DNA of 64,000 bases from an uncultured Chloroflexia bacterium (GCA_963763775.1 CAVXPZ010000001.1:64001-128000); one strand, 5' to 3'; counted from the stretch's first letter, positions 9,536 through 20,291 are shown. Numbers and translations are program-made. Notes: generated by a model not told the origin, from the sequence alone.

Positions 9536-10547
9536 ATGACGAGTGCCGACGACCCGACGCGGCGACTGACGCCGGTCGTCCGGCTCGCACCGGCGAAGCT
9601 CAACCTGTCCCTCGCCGTGGTCGGGCGCCGGCACGACGGCTTCCACGAGCTCCACTCGGTCTTCGTGCCGCTCGGGCTCGCGGACCGGCTCAGCCTGGCC
9701 CCGGCGGGGGCACGCACCGACACGCTGCATGTCCGAGGGTTCGACGCGGGACCGACTGGCCGACAACGTCGTCCTTCGGGCGCTCGTGGCCACGCGCGCG
9801 GCCGTCGGCGGTGGGTGGCCCGGAGGCCCGGGCCCGGCCCCGGCCCTCGCCGCCCGGCTCGAGAAGCGGATCCCGGTCGCCGCGGGCCTCGCGGGCGGTT
9901 CCTCCGATGCCGCCGCGACGATCGACGGCGCGCTCGAAGCCTGGGGCGCCGCCCTGGACCCCGAGACCGTGTCGCGGGTCGCGGCCGGCATCGGGTCGGA
10001 CGTGCCGTTCTTCGCGGCTGGCGGCCCGGCCCTCATCGAGGGGCGTGGCGAGCGCGTGGCCCCGCTGGGCGGGCTGCGCGGCCACCCGGCGGTCCTCCTG
10101 GTGACCCCCGATGTCGCGGTCTCGACCCGTGACGTGTTCGCGGCCTTTGACGCCCTGCGCCCCGGCGGCGGGGACGGCTCGGTCCGGATGTCGTCGGCCC
10201 ACCTGGCCGAGGAGCTCCGGTCGGGCCTCGGGGCATCCGACCTGGTCGCCCGTGCCGGCGTGCTCGCGATGGCCAACGACCTGCTCCCGGCGGCCGCCGC
10301 CGTACTCCCGTCGCTCGTGCCGTTCCGGCGAGCGGTCAGCCGCCGCCTGCGCCGGCCCGTCGGCCTGTCGGGCTCCGGCCCGACGCTCTGGGCGCTCTAT
10401 GCTTCGGAGGCGGAGGCCGCGGCCGCCGCGGAAGAGGTCCGCGCCGGGATCGCCGACGGGACGCTCGTCGCGCCAGGGGGACCGGCGCCGTTCATCACCG
10501 CCACGACCATCGTCACCCATCGCATCGAAGGGGAGCCAACGCCATGA
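9536..10547 (+). CDS. ispE: 4-(cytidine 5'-diphospho)-2-C-methyl-D-erythritol kinase; apparent frameshift near 9750
   Basis: APAKLNLSL..GFHEL in ORF 9536; KRIPVAAGLAGGSSDAA, GSDVPF, LSGSGPT in ORF 9729. Confidence 0.9.
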
Positions 10548-10936
10548 CGCGATCGGCCATCTCGACCAATGCCGCTCCGGCCGCCCTCGGGCCCTACAGC
10601 CAGGCCATCACCGCGGGCGACCTCGTGTTCTGCGCCGGGCAGGGCGCCATCGACCCGGCGACGAACGACGTGGAGACCGGGACGATCGAGGAGGAGACGC
10701 GCCGGACGCTGCGGAACGTCGGCGCGATCCTCGACGCGGCGGGCGTCGGGTTCGCCGACGTCGTCAAGACGACGGTCTTCCTGACCGACCTCGCCGACTT
10801 CGCGGCGATGAACGCGGTCTATGCGACGTTCTTCCCGGACCCGCCGCCGGCGCGCTCGACGGTCCAGGTCGCGGCCCTGCCAAAGGGGTTCAAGGTCGAG
10901 ATCGAGGTGGTCGCCTACAGGCCGCGGGTCGGTTGA
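10544..10936 (+). CDS. ridA: RidA/YjgF/UK114 family enamine deaminase
   Basis: GPYSQA, VVKTTVFL, MNAVY, PPARS, LPKG..VEIE. Confidence 0.92.
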   Translation: MTRSAISTNAAPAALGPYSQAITAGDLVFCAGQGAIDPATNDVETGTIEEETRRTLRNVGAILDAAGVGFADVVKTTVFLTDLADFAAMNAVYATFFPDPPPARSTVQVAALPKGFKVEIEVVAYRPRVG

Positions 10937-10962
10937 CACCCCGAACGGGCCACCCATACCAT
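10933..10962 (+). promoter_or_regulatory. Sigma70-type internal promoter for glmU
   Basis: TTGACA (10933-38) - 18 nt - TACCAT (10957-62). Confidence 0.65.
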
Positions 10963-11063
10963 GCCGGGACCCGATCGATGACATCCGACCCACCAGCGCC
11001 CCGCCCAGCGCGCGTCGCGACCGACGTCCGTCGCGCGACCCCGGCCAGCCGGCGCCGACCCAC

Positions 11064-12476
11064 GTGACCCATCCCGGGACGACGACCCCGAGCGGCCCTG
11101 CCGCCATCGTCCTCGCCGCCGGCCTCGGCACGCGCATGCACTCGTCACGGCCGAAGGTGCTCCACCAGCTCTGCGGCCGTCCGATGCTCGCCTACGTGCT
11201 CGACGCGTGGGCCAGCACCGCGGATGGCGCCGCGGCGCCATCGCCGATCGTCGTCTACTCGCCATCCGTCGCCGACGTCGTCGAGGCGTTCGCCGATCGG
11301 GCGACCTTCGCCCTCCAGGACGTGCCGCGGGGCACGGGGGACGCGGTCCGCGTCGCCATCGACGGGGTCGCCGACGACGCGACCGAGGTCCTGATCATGT
11401 ACGGCGACGTCCCGCTCATGACCGGCTCGGACCTCGAGGCCGTGCTGGAGGCGCGTCGCGCCGACGATGCGGCCATCGCACTGGCCAGCGTGTTCTCGGC
11501 CGATCCCGCGTCGCTCGGACGTGTGGTCCGCGGCGAGTTCGGCACGGTGGAACGCATCGTCGAAGCGAAGGACGCGACGCCGGACGAGCTCGAGACCAAT
11601 GAGACGAACGCCGGCCTCTACGCGGTCGACGCCGCGTGGCTGCGCCGCCGCATCGGCTCGCTGACGCCGTCGGCGACCACCGGGGAGCTCTACCTGACCG
11701 ACCTCGTCGCCCTGGCCCGCGAGGACGGGCGCCTCGTGACCGCGGTGGCCTTCGAGGACGACGGGCGATTCGACGGCATCAACGACCGGAGCCAGCTCGC
11801 GGCGGCCGAGTGGAGCCTGCGGGTCCGGCTGAACGAGGCCCACATGCGGGCCGGGGTGACGATGCGCGACCCCTCGACGGTCTACCTCGACTGGACCGTC
11901 GACCTGGCCCCGGACGTCACCATCGAGCCGAACGTCATCCTCCGCGGCGCGACGAGCGTCGGGGCCGGGACCGTCATCGGCGCGGGAACCCAGATCGTGG
12001 ACTCGACGGTCGGCGAGCGGGCGTCGGTCTGGGCGAGCATCGTCGAGCGCTCGGTCATCGAGGACGAGGCCACGGTCGGCCCGTTCAGCCACCTGCGCCC
12101 CGGCTCGGTCGTCGGCCGCGGTGCCGAGGTCGGCAACTACGCGGAGCTGAAGAACACGAGGCTCGGGGCGCGCTCGAAGCAGCACCACATGAGCTATCTC
12201 GGCGACGCCGAGGTCGGCGAAGGGGTGAACGTCGGCGCCGGCACGATCACGGCCAACTACGACGGCCGCCAGAAGCACCACACCACGATCGGTGCCGGCG
12301 CGTTCCTCGGGGTCGACACCATGCTCGTGGCGCCGATCGAGGTCGGCGAGGGCGCCAAGACCGGCGCCGGCGCCGTCGTCACGAAGGACGTCCCGGCAGG
12401 CAAGCTCGCGGTCGGCGTGCCGGCACGGATCCGCGAGCCCCGGGCCAAACCCGCCGGCGGGGACTCGAAGGGGTGA
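11064..12476 (+). CDS. glmU: Bifunctional UDP-GlcNAc pyrophosphorylase / GlcN-1-P acetyltransferase (start uncertain)
   Basis: LAAGLGTRM..PKVLH, GTGDAV, YGDVP, ELYLTD, hexapeptide repeats, VGPFSHLRPG, HMSYLGD. Confidence 0.96.
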   Translation: MTHPGTTTPSGPAAIVLAAGLGTRMHSSRPKVLHQLCGRPMLAYVLDAWASTADGAAAPSPIVVYSPSVADVVEAFADRATFALQDVPRGTGDAVRVAIDGVADDATEVLIMYGDVPLMTGSDLEAVLEARRADDAAIALASVFSADPASLGRVVRGEFGTVERIVEAKDATPDELETNETNAGLYAVDAAWLRRRIGSLTPSATTGELYLTDLVALAREDGRLVTAVAFEDDGRFDGINDRSQLAAAEWSLRVRLNEAHMRAGVTMRDPSTVYLDWTVDLAPDVTIEPNVILRGATSVGAGTVIGAGTQIVDSTVGERASVWASIVERSVIEDEATVGPFSHLRPGSVVGRGAEVGNYAELKNTRLGARSKQHHMSYLGDAEVGEGVNVGAGTITANYDGRQKHHTTIGAGAFLGVDTMLVAPIEVGEGAKTGAGAVVTKDVPAGKLAVGVPARIREPRAKPAGGDSKG

Positions 12477-13804
12477 GCCTCCCGATCGTCCCGCTCCTGG
12501 TCATCGTCGTCCTGACGGTGTTCGAGGCGTTCTTCGTCGCCGCGGAGATCGCCCTGGTCTCGATCCGGCGCAGCCGCGTCGAACAGCTCGCCGAGGAGGG
12601 CGACCACGGGGCCAAGCGAGTCCGGCGCCTGCTCAACGAGCCGGGCCGCTTCCTCGCGGTCTGTCAGCTCGGCCTCACGTTCATCGGGTTCTTCGCCTCG
12701 GCCTACGCGGCAGTCAGCCTCGCCGACCAGTTCACGACGGTCCTCGCCGGGGCCGGCATGGATGCGGGGACCGCCGCGGGCGTCGCGCTCGTCGTCGTGA
12801 CGATCCTGCTGGCCCTCTTCACGATCGTGTTCGCGGAACTCGTGCCCAAGACGCTGGCGCTCGCCCACGCCGAACGGTTCGCGATCACCCTTTCGCTGCC
12901 GATCGAGTTCCTGGCTCGCGCGCTCGGCCCGGTCATCCGCTTCCTGACCTGGATCACGAACGCGATCGTCCGCCTGTTCGGCGCCGAGGTCACCGGCGAG
13001 GCGCAGATCACCGCCGAGGAGCTGCGCCTGATCGTCGAGCGGGGTGGGGAGCAGGGCATCCTCGAGGCCGAGGAGGAGCAGATGATCAACGCGGTCATCG
13101 AGCTCGGCGACCAGCGCGTCCACGAGGTGATGGTCCCGCGGATCCACATGGTGACCCTGGCGGCCGACGCGTCGCTCGATGACGCGATCGACACGGTCAT
13201 CAACGAGGGGCACAGCCGGATCCCCGTGTTCGAGGGCACGATCGACGAGATCGTCGGCATCCTCTACGCGAAGGACCTGCTGCCGTTCCTCAAGGGCACC
13301 GTCGACCAGCGCCCGGCCGTGCGCTCGATCCTGCGGACGCCCGTGTTCGTGCCCGAGTCGATGACGGTCGACGACCTCCTGCACGAACTCCAGCGACGCA
13401 AGGTCCACCTCGCCATCGTGCTCGACGAGTACGGCGGCACGGCCGGCCTCGTCACGATCGAGGACCTCCTCGAGGAGATCGTCGGCGAGATCCAGGACGA
13501 GTACGACGAGGAGGAGCCGCTCATCACGAAGCTCTCCGACGATGAGGCGCGTATCGACGGGCGCGCCGCGATCGACGACCTCGAGGAGCTGTTCGACACA
13601 TCGCTCGGTCTCGAGGACGAGGACCAGTACGACACGGTCGGCGGGCTGATCTATCACCGGATCGGGGGCGTGCCGAAGCCGGGCGACCGGGTGTCGGTCG
13701 ACGGCCTGACCCTGACGGTCGAGACGACCGACGGGCGGCGTGTCGGCAAGGTCCTCGCGGTCCGCGAGCGCCCCGACCCCGAGGACGACGAGGACGACCG
13801 ATAG
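12473..13804 (+). CDS. Hemolysin-family CNNM/CBS/CorC protein (DUF21-CBS-CorC_HlyC)
   Basis: FFVAAEIAL, FAELVPK, VMVPR, HSRIPV, DEYGGTAGLVTIEDLLEEIVGEIQDEYD. Confidence 0.93.
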   Translation: MSLPIVPLLVIVVLTVFEAFFVAAEIALVSIRRSRVEQLAEEGDHGAKRVRRLLNEPGRFLAVCQLGLTFIGFFASAYAAVSLADQFTTVLAGAGMDAGTAAGVALVVVTILLALFTIVFAELVPKTLALAHAERFAITLSLPIEFLARALGPVIRFLTWITNAIVRLFGAEVTGEAQITAEELRLIVERGGEQGILEAEEEQMINAVIELGDQRVHEVMVPRIHMVTLAADASLDDAIDTVINEGHSRIPVFEGTIDEIVGILYAKDLLPFLKGTVDQRPAVRSILRTPVFVPESMTVDDLLHELQRRKVHLAIVLDEYGGTAGLVTIEDLLEEIVGEIQDEYDEEEPLITKLSDDEARIDGRAAIDDLEELFDTSLGLEDEDQYDTVGGLIYHRIGGVPKPGDRVSVDGLTLTVETTDGRRVGKVLAVRERPDPEDDEDDR

Positions 13805-13859
13805 GCCACCCGCTGGGCGCCTCGCCTCGCCCGAGCCGAGTTCATGCCGGGATCGCGAC

Positions 13860-14654
13860 GTGACCGACCTGGTGCCCGACGGCCGCGCGATCCCGCCACC
13901 TGGGCACGCCTCGCGGTTCTCGGTGATCGCGCATGGCGGGAGGACCGTCCTCGGGCCGCTCGCCGCCGATCGTCTCGATGCGCTCGCCGATGTGCTGGCG
14001 CTCGTGCCCGGCGCGCGGATCGTCGAGCTCGGCTGTGGCAAGGCCGACCTCCTGATCCGGGTGTTGCGGCGCTGGCCGACCGCGAGCGCCGAAGGGTTCG
14101 ACCGCAACCCGTGGTTCCTCGCCGACGCGCGGGCCGCGGCCGAGGTCGCTGGCGTCTCGGCACGGCTCTCGCTCATCGACACGGACGCGCCCGGCGTCAT
14201 GCTGGCCGGCCGCTCGGTGGATCTCGCGATCGCGATCGGGGCGACCGGCATCGTCGGCGAGGCGGCCGGGACGCTCGCGTTCCTGGCGTCGATCGTCGAG
14301 CCGGGCGGGCAGGTCGTGTTCGGGGACGGGGCGTGGGTCGCGCCGCCACCCGACGACGGACTGGTGGCCTTCGGCATGACTCGCGACGAGTTGCCCGACG
14401 GCATCGACGGCTTCACGGCCCTCGCTGCAGCCGCCGGCCTGGAGGCGATCGACGTGGCGCTCGCCTCGACCGCCGAGTGGGACGACTATGAGGATGCCTA
14501 CGCCGGCGCGATCGAGCATTGGGCCGCCGGCGTCAGCTCGGACGATCCCGACCGCGACGCCTTCCTGGCCCGGGCGGCCATGTTCCGGGAGACCTACGCC
14601 GGGTGGCGCCGCGCGTGCCTGGGCTTCGCGCTCGGCCGGTTCCGCCACCGCTGA
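13860..14654 (+). CDS. Class I SAM-dependent methyltransferase
   Basis: VELGCGKA motif I, PGGQVVFGD, EWDDYE; start approximate. Confidence 0.8.
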   Translation: MTDLVPDGRAIPPPGHASRFSVIAHGGRTVLGPLAADRLDALADVLALVPGARIVELGCGKADLLIRVLRRWPTASAEGFDRNPWFLADARAAAEVAGVSARLSLIDTDAPGVMLAGRSVDLAIAIGATGIVGEAAGTLAFLASIVEPGGQVVFGDGAWVAPPPDDGLVAFGMTRDELPDGIDGFTALAAAAGLEAIDVALASTAEWDDYEDAYAGAIEHWAAGVSSDDPDRDAFLARAAMFRETYAGWRRACLGFALGRFRHR

Positions 14655-14682
14655 TGCGCCGGCCGCGGCGCGGCCCGAAACG

Positions 14683-15708
14683 TCAGGCCGAGATCACCGA
14701 GACGATGATCTGCTCGAGGCGCGCGCGCGCCGCCGGGGTCACGACGCCCGCGGCATCGAGCTCGGCGAGGGCCTCGTCGCGGTAGCGGTGCGCCTGGTCG
14801 CGGGTGTACTCGCGGGCGCCCGTCCGCTCGAGGATCGCAACGACCTCGGCCACCTCCGCGTCGGTCATCGATGCGGTCGCGTGCAGCTCCGCGAGGCGGG
14901 CGCGGTCGTCCGGGTCGGCGGCCTCATGGGCGAAGATCACGGGGAGCGTCTGCTTCTTGTGCGCGACGTCGGAGGGCGCCTTGCCGGTCGCGCGCTCCGC
15001 GCCCCAGATGCCCAGCAGGTCGTCGTTGAGCTGGAACGCGAGGCCCAGGGCCCACCCGAACCCGCGGTATCGCGCGATGACGTCGTCGTCGTCGGTGGCG
15101 AGCAGCGCGCCGGCCTCGATGGAGGCGGCGATGAGCGACGCGGTCTTGCGGCCGATCATGTCGAAGTAGCGCTCGACGCTGATGAGCTCGTCCGAGGCGC
15201 TCATCGCGATGTCGAGGTACTGGCCCTCGCACAAGGCGAGGCACGTCTCGTCATAGAGGCGCATCAGCCGCAGGACCTTCGCGTCCGAGAACCCGAGGTC
15301 GGTCAGCCGGTGCAGCGCGATCCGCGACAGGCTGAAGAGGGTGTCGCCGGTGTTGATCGCCTGCGGGATGCCGTGGACGGTCCAAAGGGTGGGCCGGTGG
15401 CGGCGTTCCGTGTCGCCGTCCTCGATGTCGTCGTGGACGAGGCTGAAGTTGTGCCCGAGCTCGACGGCCGCCGCCCCGGGCAGCGCGCGCCGGTGGTCGC
15501 CGGCGATCGAGGCATAGGCGAGCAGGCCCAGCAGGGGCCGCATCCGCTTGCCGCCACTCGAGCCGGTGCCGTCGAGCGCCAGATGGTAGCGGACCATCTC
15601 GTACAGCCCGTGCGTCGAGGGATCCCGGTCCGCCACGAGGCGGACGAGCTCCGCCTCCGTGTCCGCGAGGAGGATCGACAGGTCGATGTCGGGGGAGACG
15701 GTCGTCAT
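14683..15708 (-). CDS. Polyprenyl synthetase (GGPP synthase-like)
   Basis: GKRMRP, HNFSLVHDDIEDGD..RR, GQYLD, KTA, FQLNDD. Confidence 0.93.
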   Translation of the reverse strand: MTTVSPDIDLSILLADTEAELVRLVADRDPSTHGLYEMVRYHLALDGTGSSGGKRMRPLLGLLAYASIAGDHRRALPGAAAVELGHNFSLVHDDIEDGDTERRHRPTLWTVHGIPQAINTGDTLFSLSRIALHRLTDLGFSDAKVLRLMRLYDETCLALCEGQYLDIAMSASDELISVERYFDMIGRKTASLIAASIEAGALLATDDDDVIARYRGFGWALGLAFQLNDDLLGIWGAERATGKAPSDVAHKKQTLPVIFAHEAADPDDRARLAELHATASMTDAEVAEVVAILERTGAREYTRDQAHRYRDEALAELDAAGVVTPAARARLEQIIVSVISA

Positions 15709-15907
15709 CGCAGCGGCAGTGTACATGAAACGTGTACCACGCAGGTAGCCTGTTGAGGCGGTCGGAACGGCCGGGTCCCGTGGCGCGCGTGAAACCCGGC
15801 CGGGCGTGAACGACGCCGGCGCGGGGGACGCGACCGCACCGGCGTCTACCCACCTGTACGTGCGCGCGGGCCGGTCGGATGAGGGCGACGGTGGTACCGT
15901 CGCCGGG

Positions 15908-16681
15908 ATGCCCGCACCGCGCCGCTACACCACCGACGCCATCGTCCTCTCGCGCTTCGATCTCGGCGAGGCGGACCGGGTGCTGACACTCATCACCCCC
16001 GGCGGCGGCAAGCTCAAGGCGATCGCCAAGGGGGTCCGGCGACCGACCTCCCGGCTGGGCGGCAGCCTCGAGCCGTTCGCGGAGCTGACGATCGCCCTGG
16101 CCCGTGGCCGGACGTTCGACGTCGTGACGCAGGTGAGCGTCGGGCATGCGTGGCTCAATCTCCGCAATTCGCTGGAAAGCGCCGCCACGGCCTGGTACAT
16201 CGCCGAGCTCGCCGACCGCTCGCTCGAGGAGCGGCACGCCGCAGAGCCCCTGTACTCGCTCCTCCGGCGCGCGTACGAGCTCCTCGACACGGGGATGGCC
16301 CCCGGGCGAGTGGCTCGCTGGTACGAGATGCACCTCCTGGACGAGCTCGGCGTCCGCCCGGAGGTCGACCGCTGCGTCGAGTGCGACCGGCTGCTCGAGT
16401 CCGCCGAGCGATTCCGCTGGGTGCCACCGCTCGGCGGCGTCGTCTGCGAGCGCTGCCCGGGCCCCGGCTACGACCGTGCCGGGCTGTCGCTCGAGGGGCT
16501 CAAGCTCCTCAAGGCGTACCAGCGACTCGACATCGAGGCCATCGCCGAGCTTCGGTTGGGTCCGACCGTGGAGCGCGAGGTCGAGGCGGCCCTGCGCGAG
16601 TTCGTCCGCGACGCCCTCGAGCGTGACGCGCGGTCCCTCGCGTTCCTCGACGAGGTCCGCCACGCCCCGGTCCCGGGCTGA
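15908..16681 (+). CDS. recO: DNA repair protein RecO
   Basis: GEADRVL, AKGVRR, LEPF, Zn-finger CVEC...CERC; TACCGT 7 nt upstream. Confidence 0.94.
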   Translation: MPAPRRYTTDAIVLSRFDLGEADRVLTLITPGGGKLKAIAKGVRRPTSRLGGSLEPFAELTIALARGRTFDVVTQVSVGHAWLNLRNSLESAATAWYIAELADRSLEERHAAEPLYSLLRRAYELLDTGMAPGRVARWYEMHLLDELGVRPEVDRCVECDRLLESAERFRWVPPLGGVVCERCPGPGYDRAGLSLEGLKLLKAYQRLDIEAIAELRLGPTVEREVEAALREFVRDALERDARSLAFLDEVRHAPVPG

Positions 16682-17190
16682 TGGCGACGGTCGAGCTCCG
16701 GGACATCGTCACCGAAGATGACTTCGAGGCGGTCTTCCGCCTCCGCCGTGGGCCGGGTCAGGATCGGTACCTCGGGCAGATGATCGGCCATTTCGAGGAC
16801 GCGATCAGCGACGCCCACGCGTGCCCGCGGTACTGGTCGGTCCATGACGGCCAGGACGGCGCGCTCGTCGGCTTCGTGATGATCAGCGACGGGATCCCGG
16901 CCGAGACGCTGGCGGCGGACGACGACATCGTCGGGCCGTACTACCTGTGGCGCCTGCTCATCGACGCCCCGCGACAGGGTCGGGGGTACGGGGCCGCCAC
17001 CATCGACGCGGTCGTGCGCTACCTTCGGACCCGTCCCGGCGCCGACGTGCTCCTGACCAGCTGCAAGGCCGGCCCGGGCTCGCCCCAGCCCTTCTACCTG
17101 CACTACGGGTTCGTCCCGACCGGCGAGGCCAAGTGGGGCGAGGACCTGCTGCGACTCGACCTGACCGATCGACCCGAGGAGGATGGATGA
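16681..17190 (+). CDS. GNAT N-acetyltransferase (BltD/spermidine acetyltransferase-like)
   Basis: LWRLLID..QGRGYG, FYLHYGF. Confidence 0.85.
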   Translation: MATVELRDIVTEDDFEAVFRLRRGPGQDRYLGQMIGHFEDAISDAHACPRYWSVHDGQDGALVGFVMISDGIPAETLAADDDIVGPYYLWRLLIDAPRQGRGYGAATIDAVVRYLRTRPGADVLLTSCKAGPGSPQPFYLHYGFVPTGEAKWGEDLLRLDLTDRPEEDG

Positions 17191-17612
17191 CCGCGACGAT
17201 CGACGCTTCGAGCCCGAAGGGCGCGCGAGCGCTCGCGCGCCTCGACACCGAGCTGATCGGCTGGCTGACCACCACCAACCCCGACGGGCAGCCCCAGAGC
17301 TCGCCGGTCTGGTTCCTGTGGGTCGACGGAGAGCTCCTGGTCTACTCGGGCAAGCGAGCGCCACGGAACGCCAACCTCGAGGACCGGTCGCTCGTCGCGT
17401 TCAACCTCAACACCGATGCCGTCGGCGACGACGTCCTGACCATGGAAGGCGTGGCGCGGATCGACCCGGGCGGCGCCCCGGCGTCGGCGAACCCGGCCTA
17501 TCTGGCCAAGTACTCGGCCCTGCTCGCCGACTACGACTGGACGGCCGAGTACTTCTCGGGCGAGTACCCGGTGGTCGTCCGCGTGACCCCGACGCGGTGG
17601 CGGGTGGCCTGA
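17187..17612 (+). CDS. PPOX-class F420-dependent oxidoreductase (Rv3369-like)
   Basis: IGWLTT..DGQPQSSPVWF, YLAKY, VRVTPTRWR. Confidence 0.8.
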   Translation: MTATIDASSPKGARALARLDTELIGWLTTTNPDGQPQSSPVWFLWVDGELLVYSGKRAPRNANLEDRSLVAFNLNTDAVGDDVLTMEGVARIDPGGAPASANPAYLAKYSALLADYDWTAEYFSGEYPVVVRVTPTRWRVA

Positions 17613-17614
17613 GC

Positions 17615-18790
17615 GTGGGACGATGGCGCGGGGCCGCCATGGCCGCCACGGTCGGTGCGGTCGCCGTCGCCGGAGCCCGGGTCGGCGGGCGACGGGTCGT
17701 GGCGCGGACGGAACGCCGGCTCAACCCGACGGCGTTCACGCCGCCGTACTACGCGTCGGAGCGCGCGCGGGCCGTGCACGAGCGCCTGCTGATCGCCGAC
17801 CTGCACGCCGACTCGCTGCTGTGGGGCCGGGACCTCCTCCAGCGCGGCGACCGCGGGCACGTCGACGTGCCCCGGCTCATCGAGGGGAACGTCGCCCTGC
17901 AGGTCCTCGCCGCCACCACGCAGTCGCCGCGGCATCTGAACCTCGAGCGGAACGACGACGGCAGCGACGACATCATCCTGGTCGCGCTCGCGGAGGGTTG
18001 GCCGCCGGCGACGTGGCGGAGCCTCCTGGCGCGCGCGCTCCATCTCGCCGCCCGGGCCGACGCGACGGCACGGCGGTCGGGCGGCCGCTTCTCGATCATC
18101 CGGTCTCGGGCGGACCTGGCCGCCCACCTGGCGGTGCGCAGTCCGATCTGGCCGGTCACCGCCGGACTGCTTGCCATCGAGGGTGCGCACGCGCTCGACG
18201 GCGATCCCGCGAATGTCGACGTGGTAGCCGAGGCCGGCTTCCGGATGATGTCGCCGAGCCACTTCTTCGACAACGCGTTCGGCGGGTCCGCGCACGGCGT
18301 CGAGAAGGGCGGGCTCACCGCCTCGGGCCGGGAGATGGTCGAACGGATGGAGGCCCGCTCGATGATCGTGGACGTGGCGCATGCGTCGGCCGCGACGATC
18401 GCGGATGTCCTCGCGATGGCCACGCGTCCGGTCGTGGCCTCGCACACCGGCGTGTGCGGCGTGGCCGACAATGCCCGGAACCTCACCGACGACCAGTTGC
18501 GCGCCGTCGCGGGGACCGGCGGGCTCGTCGGGATCGGGTTCTGGCCGACCGCCTGCGGCGGCGAGGACGCGGCGGCCATCGCGCACTCCATCCGGTACGC
18601 CGTGGACGTCGCCGGGGCAGACCACGTCGGCCTCGGGTCGGACTTCGACGGCGCCGTCCAGGTGCCGTTCGACGCGTCCGGTCTCGCCCAACTGACCGAC
18701 GCCCTCCTCGATGCCGGTCTCGATGAGGACGTCATCGCGAAGGTCATGGGCGGCAACGCCCTCCGGCTGCTGGCCGAGACGCTGCCCTGA
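17615..18790 (+). CDS. Membrane dipeptidase (M19)
   Basis: DLHAD, IEGAH, VDVAH, ASHTG, RNLTD, GLGSDFDG; start approximate (17615 or 17639). Confidence 0.9.
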   Translation: MGRWRGAAMAATVGAVAVAGARVGGRRVVARTERRLNPTAFTPPYYASERARAVHERLLIADLHADSLLWGRDLLQRGDRGHVDVPRLIEGNVALQVLAATTQSPRHLNLERNDDGSDDIILVALAEGWPPATWRSLLARALHLAARADATARRSGGRFSIIRSRADLAAHLAVRSPIWPVTAGLLAIEGAHALDGDPANVDVVAEAGFRMMSPSHFFDNAFGGSAHGVEKGGLTASGREMVERMEARSMIVDVAHASAATIADVLAMATRPVVASHTGVCGVADNARNLTDDQLRAVAGTGGLVGIGFWPTACGGEDAAAIAHSIRYAVDVAGADHVGLGSDFDGAVQVPFDASGLAQLTDALLDAGLDEDVIAKVMGGNALRLLAETLP

Positions 18791-18874
18791 ACCGTCGGCC
18801 TCGCCGCCTCTGGTAGCATCGAGGACCAGCATCCCGCGCGGCCCTGCCACGGTCGCGTACCAGCGGAGACCCCC

Positions 18875-20287
18875 GTGACCACCCCGACCCACCGCCCCGA
18901 CGACGTCGCGCCCGCCGTCGCCGACCTCGACACCATCGTGTCGCTCAGCAAGCGCCGCGGCTTCATCTTCCCGTCGTCCGAGATCTACGGGGGCATCAAC
19001 GCCGTGTGGGACTACGGGCCCCTCGGGGTGGAGCTCAAGAACAACGTCAAGCGGGCCTGGTGGCGCGCGATGGTCCAGGAGCGCGACGACATCGTCGGAC
19101 TCGATGCCGGGATCCTCATGCACCCGCAGGTCTGGGTGACGTCCGGCCACGTCGGGTCGTTCAGCGACCCGCTGGTCGAGTGCGCCACGTGCCGGCGTCG
19201 CTATCGGCTCGACGAGCTCCCGGGCGCGGAGGACCTCTCGGCCACGGACCTGCGCGACGAGGGGATCGTCGAGCGCCTCGGCCTCAAGTGCCCCAATGAC
19301 GGCGGGCCGCTCTCGCCGCCGCGCCGGTTCAACCTCATGTTCAAGACGTTCATGGGCCCGGTCGAGGAAGAGGCCTCGGTCATCTACCTTCGCCCCGAGA
19401 CGGCGCAGGGCTCGTACGTCAACTTCAAGAACGTCCTCCAGTCCTCGCGCAAGAAGCTGCCGTTCGGGATCGCCCAGATCGGCAAGTCGTTCCGCAACGA
19501 GATCTCGCCGGGCAACTTCGTGTTCCGGATGCGCGAGTTCGAGCAGATGGAGATGCAGTACTTCGTTCGCCCGGAGGGTGCGGCCGCCGCGGCGTTCGAG
19601 GAGTGGCTGCCGAAGCGTCGGGCGTGGTACGAGCGCTACGGCGTGACACCGTCACGCCTCCGCCTGCGAGAGCATGCGCCGGACGAGCTGGCGCATTACG
19701 CGAAGAAGGCGATCGACGTCGAGTACCGCTTCCCGTTCGGGTGGAAGGAGCTCGAAGGGATCCACAACCGCGGCGACTTCGACCTCTCGCGTCACTCCGA
19801 GGCGTCGGGGGAGACGCTCGAGTACTTCGATCAGGCGACCGACGAGCACGTGATCCCGTGGATCGTCGAGACGGCCGCCGGGGCCGACCGGGCCGCCTTC
19901 ACGTTCCTCATCGACGCGTACCGCGAGGAGGAGGTCCGCGGCGAGACGCGCGTCTCGCTCGCCCTGCATCCTGACCTCGCCCCGTACAAGGTCGCGGTCC
20001 TGCCCCTGCTCAAGAAGCGGCCCGAGATCGTGGAGCTGTGCCACAAGATCAAGGCGGACCTCCAACGGCACACCATGGCCGTCTACGACGACACCGCGGC
20101 GATCGGCAAGCTCTATCGCCGCCAGGACGAGATCGGTACCCCGTGGTGCGTGACCGTGGACGTCGACTCGCTCGAGGACGGCGCGGTGACCGTCCGCGAC
20201 CGCGACTCGATGACGCAGGAGCGCGTGCCGGTCGAGGGCGTCACGCGGCTCATCCTCGACCGCCTCGACACCGCCCGCATCGGGTAG
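18875..20287 (+). CDS. glyQS: Glycine--tRNA ligase, homodimeric alpha2 type
   Basis: [43 protein letters not shown]. Confidence 0.97.
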   Translation: MTTPTHRPDDVAPAVADLDTIVSLSKRRGFIFPSSEIYGGINAVWDYGPLGVELKNNVKRAWWRAMVQERDDIVGLDAGILMHPQVWVTSGHVGSFSDPLVECATCRRRYRLDELPGAEDLSATDLRDEGIVERLGLKCPNDGGPLSPPRRFNLMFKTFMGPVEEEASVIYLRPETAQGSYVNFKNVLQSSRKKLPFGIAQIGKSFRNEISPGNFVFRMREFEQMEMQYFVRPEGAAAAAFEEWLPKRRAWYERYGVTPSRLRLREHAPDELAHYAKKAIDVEYRFPFGWKELEGIHNRGDFDLSRHSEASGETLEYFDQATDEHVIPWIVETAAGADRAAFTFLIDAYREEEVRGETRVSLALHPDLAPYKVAVLPLLKKRPEIVELCHKIKADLQRHTMAVYDDTAAIGKLYRRQDEIGTPWCVTVDVDSLEDGAVTVRDRDSMTQERVPVEGVTRLILDRLDTARIG

Positions 20288-20291
20288 CTCG

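Noticed and set aside
18791-18874. Possible T-box leader upstream of glyQS
   Set aside because: Only about 85 nt and no T-box consensus
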